This document shows positions 47,418 to 57,199 of a stretch of DNA of 64,000 nucleotides, piece by piece (the stretch's first letter is position 1; every line of letters begins with the position of its first letter). A model generated the notes under the pieces. The model searched no databases, was not told where the DNA came from, and saw nothing but the letters and a program-made list of their open reading frames with translations. The position numbers and the translations under genes were made by a program. Where the stretch lies: NCBI GenBank assembly GCA_021779915.1, contig JAJXZR010000029.1, positions 12,495 to 76,494 of the forward strand, written 5' to 3'. The DNA is from a bacterium (lineage in GTDB: Bacteria; Patescibacteriota; Minisyncoccia; CAIUEV01).

Positions 47418-49673
47418 ATGAAGCTCGTCATCGTTGAATCTCCTACTAAAGCCCGAACTATTGGTCGTTTCCTAGACAAAGAATATCATGTTCTTTCTTC
47501 TTACGGTCATATTCGCGATCTTCCCACAGGAAAATTGGGAGTAGACGTCGAAAAAAATTTTTCTCCAGACTATGTTATTCCTCCAAAAGCGAAAAAGAAT
47601 CTTTCCCTTCTTAAAACAGAAAGTAAAAAAGCGACAAAAATCATTCTCGCTACTGACGAAGACCGGGAAGGAGAGGCGATTGCCTACCATTTAAAGCATG
47701 TTCTCGGAGGTATCAACAAAAAAGTTCCTTTTGAAAGAATTACATTTCATGAAATAACTCCTCTTGCTATCAAAGAAGCCTTGAAACATCCCCGAGAAAT
47801 CGATGTTCGGCTTTTCGAGGCTCAACAAACCAGAAGGATTTTGGATCGTCTAGTTGGTTATGAACTTTCTCCTTTTCTCTGGAAGAAAATCCGCAAAGGC
47901 CTTTCTGCTGGGAGAGTTCAGTCAGTCGCGGTCAGATTAATTGTTGAAAGAGAAAGAGAAAGAGAAAAATTCAAATCGGAAGAATTTTGGAAAATAAAAA
48001 TTCTTTGGAAAAAACAAGGCGAAAAAGAGCAAAAAGAAACTTTGGAAATCATAAAAGAAAGTGAATTAAATAAGCTTCTAAAAATTAAGGAAGAAAAGGA
48101 AAAAATTAACGGTTCAATCGCCACCCTTGTTGAAAAAAATGGAAAAAAGCTAAACAAGCTTTCCATAAAAGAAGAAAAAGAAAGTCAAAAGATACTGGAT
48201 ACCCTTTGTTCTTCAAAAATGGAAGTCACAGGTATAGAAAAAAAGAGAGTTTTTCGACAACCATCTCCGCCATTTCGAACCAGTACATTACAACAAGAAG
48301 CTGGAAGAAGGCTGGGCTTTTCCGCTAAAAGAACTATGATGACTGCCCAACAGCTTTATGAAGGAATCAGCGTTGACAGAAAACAAGTTGGTCTTATTAC
48401 TTATATGAGAACAGATTCGCTAACTATTTCTGCTTCTGCTCTTAATACTATAAAAGAGGTTATTAATAAGAATTTTGGTCCAAACTATTCATTACAATCC
48501 CCTCGTTATTTTAAAAACAAAGCCAAAGGAGCTCAAGAAGCCCATGAAGCGATCAGACCTTCTTTTCCAGAAAAAACTCCTGATGAATTGAAAGATTTTT
48601 TAAGTTCCGACCAGTATAAATTGTACCGTTTAATTTGGGAAAAAACGATTGGAAGCCAAATGGCGCCGGCAGAGTTGAATACTGTTAAAATAAAATTTAG
48701 AATTTCCGAGTATGGTTTTTTGTCAGAAGGAAGCCAGATTGTTTTTGATGGATTCATGAAAGTCCTTGGGAAGGGTATTTTAAAAGAAGAGTTGCTTCCG
48801 GAAGTTTCAAAAGGAGAAAAAGTAGACAAGAGGAAGTTATTTGCTGAACAGAATTTTACCAAACCGCCCGCCCGCTACACCGAAGCGAGCCTTATCAAAG
48901 CACTAGAAGAAAATGGTATTGGCCGACCTTCCACCTATGCTCCAACTATCAGTACTATTCAAGACCGAGGCTATGTTTCCAAGGACGACAGCCAATCCTT
49001 GTTTCCTAACGAAATCGGTTGTATCGTCAACGACTCCCTAGTAGAACATTTTCCCAATATTGTTGAAATCAAGTTCACTGCAAGTGTTGAAGAAGATTTA
49101 GATAAAATCGCTAGTGGCAAAGAGAAATGGGTACCAGTTGTTAGTAATTTTTATAAGCCCTTCAAGAAAAATCTGCTTATAAAAGACAAGGAGGTTTCTA
49201 AATTTCAAAAACTGATTGACAAGAAGTGTCCGGAATGCGGAAAGCAACTAGTGGAAAAATTTGGTCGATTTGGAAAATTTTATGCTTGCTCCGGTTATCC
49301 CGAGTGTAAACATTCAGAAGGAACCGACGAAGAAAAACAACTAGAGAAAGAGGTAAGCGCCGAAAAATGTCCGGAATGCGGACACCCCCTCACTGTGAAA
49401 AGAAGCAAATGGGGAATGTTCAAAGGGTGTAGCAACTACCCTAATTGCAAGTTCATCAAAAAGTTTGAAAAAACTATCGGTATCAAATGCCCCGAATGTA
49501 AAACGGGGGATCTAGTGGAAAAACGGGGAAAAAGAGGACCCTTCTACGCCTGCAACCAATATCCGAAATGCAAATACATCGCCAAGGGAAGACCAGGGAA
49601 AAACAAGTGTGAGAAATGCGGGCAAATTATGATGAGAACGAAAGAAGGAGAACACTGTTTGAATTGTGGATAA
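47418..49673 (+). CDS. topA: DNA topoisomerase I with C-terminal tandem zinc ribbons
   Basis: TOPRIM N-terminus (LVIVESPTKA), active-site Tyr region, five C-terminal CxxC...CxxC ribbons. Confidence 0.9.
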   Translation: MKLVIVESPTKARTIGRFLDKEYHVLSSYGHIRDLPTGKLGVDVEKNFSPDYVIPPKAKKNLSLLKTESKKATKIILATDEDREGEAIAYHLKHVLGGINKKVPFERITFHEITPLAIKEALKHPREIDVRLFEAQQTRRILDRLVGYELSPFLWKKIRKGLSAGRVQSVAVRLIVEREREREKFKSEEFWKIKILWKKQGEKEQKETLEIIKESELNKLLKIKEEKEKINGSIATLVEKNGKKLNKLSIKEEKESQKILDTLCSSKMEVTGIEKKRVFRQPSPPFRTSTLQQEAGRRLGFSAKRTMMTAQQLYEGISVDRKQVGLITYMRTDSLTISASALNTIKEVINKNFGPNYSLQSPRYFKNKAKGAQEAHEAIRPSFPEKTPDELKDFLSSDQYKLYRLIWEKTIGSQMAPAELNTVKIKFRISEYGFLSEGSQIVFDGFMKVLGKGILKEELLPEVSKGEKVDKRKLFAEQNFTKPPARYTEASLIKALEENGIGRPSTYAPTISTIQDRGYVSKDDSQSLFPNEIGCIVNDSLVEHFPNIVEIKFTASVEEDLDKIASGKEKWVPVVSNFYKPFKKNLLIKDKEVSKFQKLIDKKCPECGKQLVEKFGRFGKFYACSGYPECKHSEGTDEEKQLEKEVSAEKCPECGHPLTVKRSKWGMFKGCSNYPNCKFIKKFEKTIGIKCPECKTGDLVEKRGKRGPFYACNQYPKCKYIAKGRPGKNKCEKCGQIMMRTKEGEHCLNCG

Positions 49674-49702
49674 GGAATATAATTTTCAATTTGACTTATT
49701 TT

Positions 49703-49826
49703 TCTCCCCTTCAGATGAAGGGGAGTACCCCGTAGGGGGAGGGGTTTGATGCCGAAGGCCGAATTTTGATCGCTTCGCGTTCAAACCCTCCGCCCTTACG
49801 GGCACCTCCCTTCATCTGAAGGGAGG
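49703..49826. repeat. 124-bp GC-rich nested palindrome after the topA stop (G1)
   Basis: tctccccttcagatgaaggggag-taccccgtagggggaggggtttga ... tcaaaccctccgcccttacgggca-cctcccttcatctgaagggagg. Confidence 0.7.
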
Positions 49827-49872
49827 AAAAAGTCACCTTTTAGGTGAATTAGAAATTTTAATTATCTTTCCT

Positions 49873-51030
49873 ATGAAAATCGCCATCTTCTCCGACACCT
49901 TTCCCCCTGAAATCAATGGGGTGGCTAATTTTGTTAAATTTTCTGCCCAGAGTTTGGCTAAAAAAGGACATGAAGTCCAAGTTTTTACCGTATCAAAATT
50001 CAGTGAAAAAAAACTGAATAAAAATTATCCCAAAAATCTTTTCGTAAACACTCTTCCTTCTTTGCCAGCACTTGTTTATCCCGACATCCGCTTCACCGTG
50101 CCAGCTGTATTAACCCTTTCAAAACTAAAAAAATTCAATCCCGACATAATACACTCCCACACTCCTTTTGCTTTGGGATGGGAAGCCGTGATGGATGCAA
50201 AAATCTTAAAAAAACCACTGGTCGGAACCCATCACACTTTCTATGACCAATACCTAAAACATTTAAAAGTCGATTTTGAATCAACGCGAAAATTCACTTG
50301 GAAATATACAGTCAGTTTCTATAATTTTTGCAATCTGGTTACAACCCCCAGCCAATCCCTTGCCAAAGAAATGGCGAAAAACGGGCTTTTGAAACCAGCT
50401 TTTGTATTACCTAATTTTGTAGACACAAAACTTTTTTCTCCTCCAAGCTCCAAAGAAAAAGTCGAATTTAAAAAATTTTTCAAAGTTTCTGGGACAACGA
50501 TTGTCTATATGGGAAGACTTAGCTATGAAAAAAGCGTTGATCGAGCAATAAAGTCTTTTGCTCTTGCGCAAAAAGTAATACCTGATATTTCCTTGCTAAT
50601 TATAGGTGATGGACCAAAAAAAAATAGCCTTGAAGATTTAGTAAATCAACTAGAAATACAAAATAAGGTTGTCTTTACTGGTTTTCAAAGGGGAGAATCA
50701 TTAGTTAATGCTCTTAGAGCGGGAGACATTTATTTTACTGCCAGCGAAACCGAGACTTTCTGTATTTCAGCCTTGGAAGCCATGGCGGTCGGTCTCCCCG
50801 TAGTTGCAGTTGACAAGGGAGGACTGGGAGAAATAGTTCAAGATAAAAAGAACGGGCTTTTGGCTTCTGAGAACGGAATCAACCAAATGGCGCAAAATCT
50901 GTTAACTTTCCTCCGAAATCAAAAAATGCTTACCGAATATGGTGAAAGATCCCGGGAGTACTCTTTGGAATATTCCAAAGAAAAAGTGACTAAAAAACTG
51001 GAAGAGATCTATGAAAAAGCAATTTTGTGA
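49873..51030 (+). CDS. glycosyltransferase family 4
   Basis: GT-B fold; motif SETETFCISALEAMAVGLPVVA. Confidence 0.7.
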   Translation: MKIAIFSDTFPPEINGVANFVKFSAQSLAKKGHEVQVFTVSKFSEKKLNKNYPKNLFVNTLPSLPALVYPDIRFTVPAVLTLSKLKKFNPDIIHSHTPFALGWEAVMDAKILKKPLVGTHHTFYDQYLKHLKVDFESTRKFTWKYTVSFYNFCNLVTTPSQSLAKEMAKNGLLKPAFVLPNFVDTKLFSPPSSKEKVEFKKFFKVSGTTIVYMGRLSYEKSVDRAIKSFALAQKVIPDISLLIIGDGPKKNSLEDLVNQLEIQNKVVFTGFQRGESLVNALRAGDIYFTASETETFCISALEAMAVGLPVVAVDKGGLGEIVQDKKNGLLASENGINQMAQNLLTFLRNQKMLTEYGERSREYSLEYSKEKVTKKLEEIYEKAIL

Positions 51031-51065
51031 ACGTGATTTTCAATAATTCTTTAAAATAAAAAATA

Positions 51066-52073
51066 ATGAAAATCTGCCTCTATTTAGACCTTAAAAGAAA
51101 TTTTAACGGCGTTCTCTACAAAAACATAGGCAGTGGAATAATTTCCGCTTACAAAAATCAAGAGAGACTTTTAAAAAGCCTAAAAATAGACTTTTCGGAT
51201 AATATCAAAGATTCTTGGGATATATTGCAAATTAATTTACCTGGTCCTTTGTCTATTTTACAAATGAAAAAGGCTCGAAAAAATAATAAAAAAATAATTG
51301 CCTGGTCTCATATGACAGCCGAAGACTTTACTGGGGTTTTCCGTATTGGAGGTCTTTCTTATCCCATAACAAAAAAATATTTAGCCTACGTATACAACCT
51401 TGCAGACCTAGTATTCTCTCCTAGCGAATATACCAAAGGTCTCCTTGTTTCCTATGGCATCCCTGAAGAAAAAATTGTTGTGATGAGTAACGGTGTTGAT
51501 TTAAAAATATTTCGCAAAGATAAGATAAAAAGAAAAATCGGTAGGGAAAAACATGGGGCGAAAGGAATAACCATCGGTACAGCTAGCTTGGTAGTGCCAA
51601 GAAAAGGCGTGGACACTTTTTTGTCGCTTGTTAAACAATTTCCAGATAACCAATTTCTCTGGTTTGGAAAAATATACAATTCTTTTCTAGCTAAAGCTCT
51701 TCCGAAAGATCTGCCAAAAAATATTGATTTTAAAGGCTATGTCCAAGATGTAAACGAAGCTCTCAATGCCCTAGATATTTTTCTTTTCCCTTCCTACGAG
51801 GAAAACCAAGGAATGGCAATTATTGAAGCTGCTGCTGTTGGCCTTCCTTTGCTCATTAGAGACCTCCCGGTTTATAAGGGCTGGCTTATCCACCAAGAGA
51901 ACTGTCTAAAGGCTAAAAACGATAAAGAATTCAAAAAATACCTTAATTTATTAATCAAAGACAAAAATCTAAGAGAAAGGCTTGGCAAAAATGCTTTAAA
52001 AATGGCTCAAGATGAAGATATTCTTGAAATTGCCAAAAAAACTAAAAGAATATACGAAAACCTTCTTCAATAG
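51066..52073 (+). CDS. glycosyltransferase family 4
   Basis: GT-B fold; motif EENQGMAIIEAAAVGLPLL. Confidence 0.65.
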   Translation: MKICLYLDLKRNFNGVLYKNIGSGIISAYKNQERLLKSLKIDFSDNIKDSWDILQINLPGPLSILQMKKARKNNKKIIAWSHMTAEDFTGVFRIGGLSYPITKKYLAYVYNLADLVFSPSEYTKGLLVSYGIPEEKIVVMSNGVDLKIFRKDKIKRKIGREKHGAKGITIGTASLVVPRKGVDTFLSLVKQFPDNQFLWFGKIYNSFLAKALPKDLPKNIDFKGYVQDVNEALNALDIFLFPSYEENQGMAIIEAAAVGLPLLIRDLPVYKGWLIHQENCLKAKNDKEFKKYLNLLIKDKNLRERLGKNALKMAQDEDILEIAKKTKRIYENLLQ

Positions 52074-52083
52074 AACAGATTTA

Positions 52084-52638
52084 CTATTTCTTTTTTCTTT
52101 GTTTTCTTCTTTTGAAGAGAAAGTAGGCTATTGGAATAAAAATAAGCATGAACAAAGCAATTGTTGTGTCCAAAAAAACATTGCTGTATCTTTTCCATAC
52201 TTCGCCAAAATAATAACCTACTGCAACCAGAAACGCCGATTTGATAGCGGTAGCAAAAAAATCAAGAATTAAAAACTTCCACCAAGGATACTGGGCAATA
52301 CCTGCGGTAATCAGAATAGGAAGCCCAACAAAGTGAGAAAGTTTCCCAAACACAATTACTTTTTTTCTGTTACTTTGAAAAAATATTTTGGCCTTTTCAA
52401 TTTCTTTTAGGGTAAAGCCAAAAAATTTGGCCAGTTTTGGCAATAGTTTTATGCCTCCAAAATACCCCAATGAATAATAAAGAAAATCCGCACTTAAGTC
52501 CCCAAAAACATGAGTTAGATAGCCAAGATAAATATTCATATAACCCAAACGAGAAAGAAATCCCACCGAAACCCCGGCAGTAGGACCCTCAGTAAAAGAG
52601 GCTAAAAAAATACCCAGATATTTTAGGAATTCAAACAT
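52084..52638 (-). CDS. DedA/TVP38 (SNARE-associated) family membrane protein
   Basis: 184 aa, 4-5 TM segments, DedA-like N-terminal block. Confidence 0.65.
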   Translation of the reverse strand: MFEFLKYLGIFLASFTEGPTAGVSVGFLSRLGYMNIYLGYLTHVFGDLSADFLYYSLGYFGGIKLLPKLAKFFGFTLKEIEKAKIFFQSNRKKVIVFGKLSHFVGLPILITAGIAQYPWWKFLILDFFATAIKSAFLVAVGYYFGEVWKRYSNVFLDTTIALFMLIFIPIAYFLFKRRKQRKKK

Positions 52639-53132
52639 AAAAATTTTTGAAAAATGGTCTAATCTATTTTACTAAAAAAAAATAATTTCACTAGCCCCAA
52701 AGTTATATTTTAGACGGCACAATGATTTACACTGGAATTGTTTTTTAATGGCTCAATTCGGCTACCTCTTTTTCAAATGCAGAAAGAAAAAAAGAGACTG
52801 GTTATTCAGTCCCTTTTGATAAAAACAAGAAATTAACAATTCTCCAATTTTTTTGTTCGAAATAAGCTGTCCCTCATTTCATCAATTAAAACTGCCGAGT
52901 ACATGAGGAAAATGGCAATGCCCAAGATTGTTGCGGCAAAAAGAGTAGCTATTTCTTCTTTCCATTCAAAAATAAAGTTTTCTACCTTTCTTATTTTTAT
53001 TTCAGAAGGTGAAAGCTCCCTCATTTTTTTAAAGGTCTTTTGTCTGTTATTTTTTATTCGCATCTTGTTTTCTCCTTTTTGACATAGAAAAATTTGCTAA
53101 TTTCTTTTATATATTATTACATTTGAAATTAG

Positions 53133-53525
53133 TTGGACGCAAGAAAAAAATTGGAGGATAAAATGGCAACGGCACTCGTTGACCAGAGAGGAAAAAGTTT
53201 TATTGGCCTTCTTTCCGCGGCAAAAAGAAGATTTCCCAAACAAGTTTATCTTTCTTCTGATGATATTAAAATTCTAAAGAGGAAAGTTTTTGAGGGAAGA
53301 TCAGCTTCATCCCTTGATGCAATTGAGGTGAAGTTAGGCAGAATACTTTATTTACGTCGGTGCCCCTATTGCAAAGAACCGATGATACAAATTAAAGTAT
53401 ATTCTCGCGAAGGGGGAAAGTATTCAAACTTCAAAAAACCACCGAAGAGGCTTGCAGACGAATACATTTGTACCAGTTGCAAAAGCCATTTTAGAGCCAT
53501 TAGAATTTTTCCAGATTTTTTCTGA
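53133..53525 (+). CDS. hypothetical zinc-ribbon protein
   Basis: CPYC...CTSC motif; terminator follows. Confidence 0.35.
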   Translation: MDARKKLEDKMATALVDQRGKSFIGLLSAAKRRFPKQVYLSSDDIKILKRKVFEGRSASSLDAIEVKLGRILYLRRCPYCKEPMIQIKVYSREGGKYSNFKKPPKRLADEYICTSCKSHFRAIRIFPDFF

Positions 53526-53547
53526 AAAGAAAATTTTCCTCCGATTT

Positions 53548-53590
53548 TTTGTATAACCCATCAAACATTGATTTTGATGGGTTTTTTATT
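53548..53590 (+). terminator. rho-independent terminator
   Basis: CCCATCAAACATTGATTTTGATGGG hairpin plus TTTTTTATTTTTT. Confidence 0.6.
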
Positions 53591-53592
53591 TT

Positions 53593-54783
53593 TTAATCGT
53601 TTTTTCCTAAAAATTTTACCCCTTCCTCAAATTTTCCCAACAGCATGTCAGCAGCAACTTCTTCAATTTCTTTTTCTCCCAAATCTCTTCCTCCCAAACC
53701 ATAAACATAGCTTTGAACCTTTCTGCCAGATTCCTCGAAACGGAAAAGGGTTGTCATAATTTCAGTACACAAAGGAGGAACACTACCAAAACTAAATGCT
53801 CGATCAAGAACGGCAATATTGGCTACGTTTCCGAGAGCTCTAAACATCTCTTCATAGGGAAAGGGACGAAAAAGTCGAACTTTGATCACTCCAACTTTAT
53901 GTCCTTTTTTGTGCAAGCTCTCGGCCACTGCCTTGGCCGTTCCTGCACTTCCTCCAAGCAAAATTATCACTCCTTCCGTATCTTTTTCAACTTGAAAAAC
54001 TTCGATTTTAGGATATTCCCGATTAGTTATTTTTGAAAGTTTTTGAGCCATTTCATCGTAGACCGATTCAACTTCTGCCATAGCTTCGGATTGGTCTATT
54101 TTAACTTCAAAAAAATGGTCTGGAAGAACAAGTGCTCCGAAAGTAATTTTTTTATCATTTTTAAGAAGGGAATAAGGATAATCATACTTTCCAATAAATT
54201 CCTCTACCTCATCATCGGGAAGAAGCTCTATCTTTTCCATCAAGTGAGAAGTTGAAAAGCCATCTTGAATTACCATCGCCGGCAATAATACTTTTTTGTT
54301 TTCTGCTATTTTAACGGCTAATAGATTGTGGTCATAGGCTTCTTGCGCTGTTTCGGAGAAAATTTGAATCCAACCAGCCTCCCTGACTCCCATAACATCC
54401 GAGTGGTCACAATGAATATTAATCGGGGAAGAAAGGGCTCGACTGGCAACGTTCATTACAATAGGAAGCCTCATCCCAGACGCCACTCCCAACATTTCAT
54501 ACATAAGTGCCAATCCCGCAGAGGAGCTTGCGGTCATTGCTCTAACTCCCGAGCTTGCCGCACCAATCGTCGCACTCATAACTGAATGCTCTGATTCGCA
54601 AGTGATTACCTCGCTGTCAACCTTGCCGTCAGCAACATATTTTATAAAATTCTCAATAATAGGGGTCTGGGGAGTAATAGGATAAACCGGAACTACTCCT
54701 GGATTGATCTGTCTCATTGCCTCGGCTGTCGCTTCGCCTCCAGTAAGAGCTAAATTTTTAGTTTTATTTTGATAAGACAACAC
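53593..54783 (-). CDS. porA: pyruvate/2-oxoacid:ferredoxin oxidoreductase alpha subunit (GTG start)
   Basis: N-terminal LTGGEATAEAMRQINPGVVPVYPITPQTP typical of the POR/KOR alpha subunit; 396 aa. Confidence 0.8.
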   Translation of the reverse strand: MLSYQNKTKNLALTGGEATAEAMRQINPGVVPVYPITPQTPIIENFIKYVADGKVDSEVITCESEHSVMSATIGAASSGVRAMTASSSAGLALMYEMLGVASGMRLPIVMNVASRALSSPINIHCDHSDVMGVREAGWIQIFSETAQEAYDHNLLAVKIAENKKVLLPAMVIQDGFSTSHLMEKIELLPDDEVEEFIGKYDYPYSLLKNDKKITFGALVLPDHFFEVKIDQSEAMAEVESVYDEMAQKLSKITNREYPKIEVFQVEKDTEGVIILLGGSAGTAKAVAESLHKKGHKVGVIKVRLFRPFPYEEMFRALGNVANIAVLDRAFSFGSVPPLCTEIMTTLFRFEESGRKVQSYVYGLGGRDLGEKEIEEVAADMLLGKFEEGVKFLGKND

Positions 54784-54789
54784 GAAAAA

Positions 54790-54902
54790 AATTAAAAGTT
54801 AAAAGTTAAAAATTCAAAAGAACAGTTTAAAATTCAAAATTTCCTTAAATAATTTTTAATTTTGAACTGTTCCTTTGAATTTTGCATTTTTAACTTTGAA
54901 TT
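54790..54902. repeat. palindromic module (F1) occupying the porD-porA intercistronic gap
   Basis: aaaagttaaaagttaaaaattcaaaagaacagttt ... aactgttcctttgaattttgcatttttaactttgaattg. Confidence 0.65.
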
Positions 54903-55156
54903 GTTACGCTTATCGCCTTCACCGGACACTCATTGACACAAACCAAACATCCCTTACAATAATCCGCATCCACTTCCACATCTTTTCCATTCTCCTTTAT
55001 ATTAATACAATCCTCCGGACAAAATAAAACACAAGTGTGACATTTAATGCACTTTTTTTGATCAATAAAAGCCCTCTTGGTTGCCCAGGAACCAGTTTTA
55101 TTTTTTTTACTATTACCACCGTCGGTAATGATTGCACCGAGAGAAACTTTATCCAC
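54890..55156 (-). CDS. porD: POR delta subunit, 2x[4Fe-4S] ferredoxin
   Basis: CIKCHTCVLFCP and CKGCLVCVNECP cluster motifs; 88 aa. Confidence 0.8.
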   Translation of the reverse strand: MDKVSLGAIITDGGNSKKNKTGSWATKRAFIDQKKCIKCHTCVLFCPEDCINIKENGKDVEVDADYCKGCLVCVNECPVKAISVTIQS

Positions 55157-55221
55157 GAGAAAAAGTTTAAAGTTAAAAATTCTATACTAAAAAAATTATT
55201 ACACTTGAAATATTTAACCCC

Positions 55222-55433
55222 GTGTCCTCCCGGGCTTGACCCGGGATCCAGTTAAACTCACTAAATTATTCTAATTGCTCTAATTAGCCTAATTATTCTA
55301 AACAAAATACCAAGAACCAATTAAAAAATTTTTGTTTATTGGTACTTAGTGCTTTTTAGAATAATTAGTATAATTAGGTTAACTAGAGTAATTCTCTACC
55401 CGCCTGGATCCCGGGTCAAACCCGGGATGACAC
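55222..55433. repeat. MITE-like element, hairpin-TIR family, long subtype (H12)
   Basis: GTGTCCTCCCGGGCTTGACCCGGGATCCAG ... CTGGATCCCGGGTCAAACCCGGGATGACAC; internal ctaattagcctaattattctaaacaaaata module. Confidence 0.8.
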
Positions 55434-55441
55434 CTTTCCTT

Positions 55442-56755
55442 TTAATTAAAAAGGCTCACGCCTCTTAGGACAACTAACACTAACGTTACTATCGAAATTC
55501 CAATCGCAAAAATTGCAAAAGCTTTTTTTCCTTGACCGTTTTCTTTGAATTCTTGAAGATAGTCTAATTCCTTTTGTTTCCTAAGAAATGTCAGCGAAGC
55601 AAAAATAAACAGCATCCAGACCAAGAAATAAAGCAAGGTACTTTCCGAATAGTATAGCAATTGTCCCGTCATAACCCCAAACAAGGATCCAATGATTGCC
55701 AGCGTAAGAGTCCTTTCCGTTTTGCCGGAGAGAAAAGCGACTATTCCAAAGATTAAAATAAAAAATTCAAGTGCCAAATAAAACAATATTTTATCGAGCA
55801 GTATGGGGTGATTTAATAAAACCGAATAATACGGCATAATAGAAACTTTTTCCGTATGCAGTATGAGAGGAGAAGTAGCTTGAGAAAAGGAAAAAAGAAA
55901 AACAAAGAAAAGATATTTTCCTTTCCCCTTTGTAATATTTCGAAGAAAAGAACCGTTTTTAGGAAGAGGTATTCCCAACTGTCTTTGGTCGGCTCTTTCC
56001 ACTTCTCCCCGATGTTTGAATAAAAAATCAAAAAAAACAATAATCCCGGTTCCAGAAGCCCACACCCACCAGCTGAGGGGATAATCCAAAACCGATGAGA
56101 TAAAAAGGAGAGCCAACGCACTGAAAAGATTCAACCAATCCATCACTTTTTCTTTGACTTTAACCGTCCACCAAAGAGCTAGGGAGGTTACCCCACAAAC
56201 TGCCACCACCAAAGAAGGGGTTCTTGCGAAATTAGCCGTTATGAACTCACTTTTCCCAAAATAAGCCAATATAACAAGAAAAATCGAAGAAGCCGACAAA
56301 GAGAAAAGAAACATCTCCAAATTTTGTCGCCAAGAGTCTTTAGAAAAAAACTGCGTACCCAAAAGGTAAAAAATAAAAAAAGTCACGTATTCACTCACTC
56401 CGGAAGTAAAACTCCCTTGATAACCTTCCCAGGATATTTGATGGTTGTTTGAATACAAAAACAACACCCCAAGAAGAAATGAAAGGAAAATTACCACCCA
56501 ATTAAACCTGTTTCTTTTCCACTCCAGCGCTCCTCTCTTGATAATCCCCATTAAACTGACGATCAGCATTAATCCTACAATCAGAATTAAAAAAGATTGT
56601 TTAAGAAGTTCTAGAGGTTTGGAGTAAAGAAAAAACAGCCAAGGAAAGGCGATTGTTAGAATAATCATTCCACTCTTCAAAATATTTTCTTCTATTTTTC
56701 CTTTTTCCAAATAACTTTTATTTCCCGCCAAATTAGAGTTTTGTATTTGAAACAT
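55442..56755 (-). CDS. polytopic integral membrane protein (O-antigen polymerase/ligase-like)
   Basis: 437 aa, at least 10 TM helices; no strong motif. Confidence 0.35.
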   Translation of the reverse strand: MFQIQNSNLAGNKSYLEKGKIEENILKSGMIILTIAFPWLFFLYSKPLELLKQSFLILIVGLMLIVSLMGIIKRGALEWKRNRFNWVVIFLSFLLGVLFLYSNNHQISWEGYQGSFTSGVSEYVTFFIFYLLGTQFFSKDSWRQNLEMFLFSLSASSIFLVILAYFGKSEFITANFARTPSLVVAVCGVTSLALWWTVKVKEKVMDWLNLFSALALLFISSVLDYPLSWWVWASGTGIIVFFDFLFKHRGEVERADQRQLGIPLPKNGSFLRNITKGKGKYLFFVFLFSFSQATSPLILHTEKVSIMPYYSVLLNHPILLDKILFYLALEFFILIFGIVAFLSGKTERTLTLAIIGSLFGVMTGQLLYYSESTLLYFLVWMLFIFASLTFLRKQKELDYLQEFKENGQGKKAFAIFAIGISIVTLVLVVLRGVSLFN

Positions 56756-56904
56756 TTTACAAAAATTATTGATTGCTTATATTATCCTATATTCTATTAT
56801 TATTGCAACTTCATTATGCTTATGGTAGAGTGATAGCGTAGATTAGAAATTTGATTAGTCATAGAACATTAAAATAATTACGATAAAATTCCAATAGCCA
56901 AGAT

Positions 56905-57128
56905 ACAATTTCCAAACAAGATACAATTTTCCAAATTTGAAAAACCAAACAACTTCACGTGTCATCCCGGCCCCTGAGCCGGGATCCAGAAAAATAATAT
57001 TTTAAGAGTCTAATATTATTCTCCTGGATCCCGGGTCAAGCCCGGGATGACACACTAAAAGGGTACTATTTGGAGTTTGTGATGCTTGAATTTGTTTGGA
57101 ATTTGTTTCTTGTTTCTTGGAATTTTTT
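56905..57128. repeat. composite element (H13): hairpin-TIR core (56959-57053) flanked by outer ccaaacaag / cttgtttcttgg arms
   Basis: GTGTCATCCCGGCCCCTGAGCCGGGATCCAG ... CTGGATCCCGGGTCAAGCCCGGGATGACAC. Confidence 0.75.
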
Positions 57129-57199
57129 AAATTTAGTTTTAGGAATTTTATTAAAGATTAGACTAAATTAGAACTTAAAAATTTATTTTAACTACCATC

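Noticed and set aside
52833-53063. 76-aa minus-strand small membrane-protein ORF
   Set aside because: It has a single TM helix with no RBS and no conservation signal. It is too weak to annotate, and is of interest only because porB would be expected near this position.
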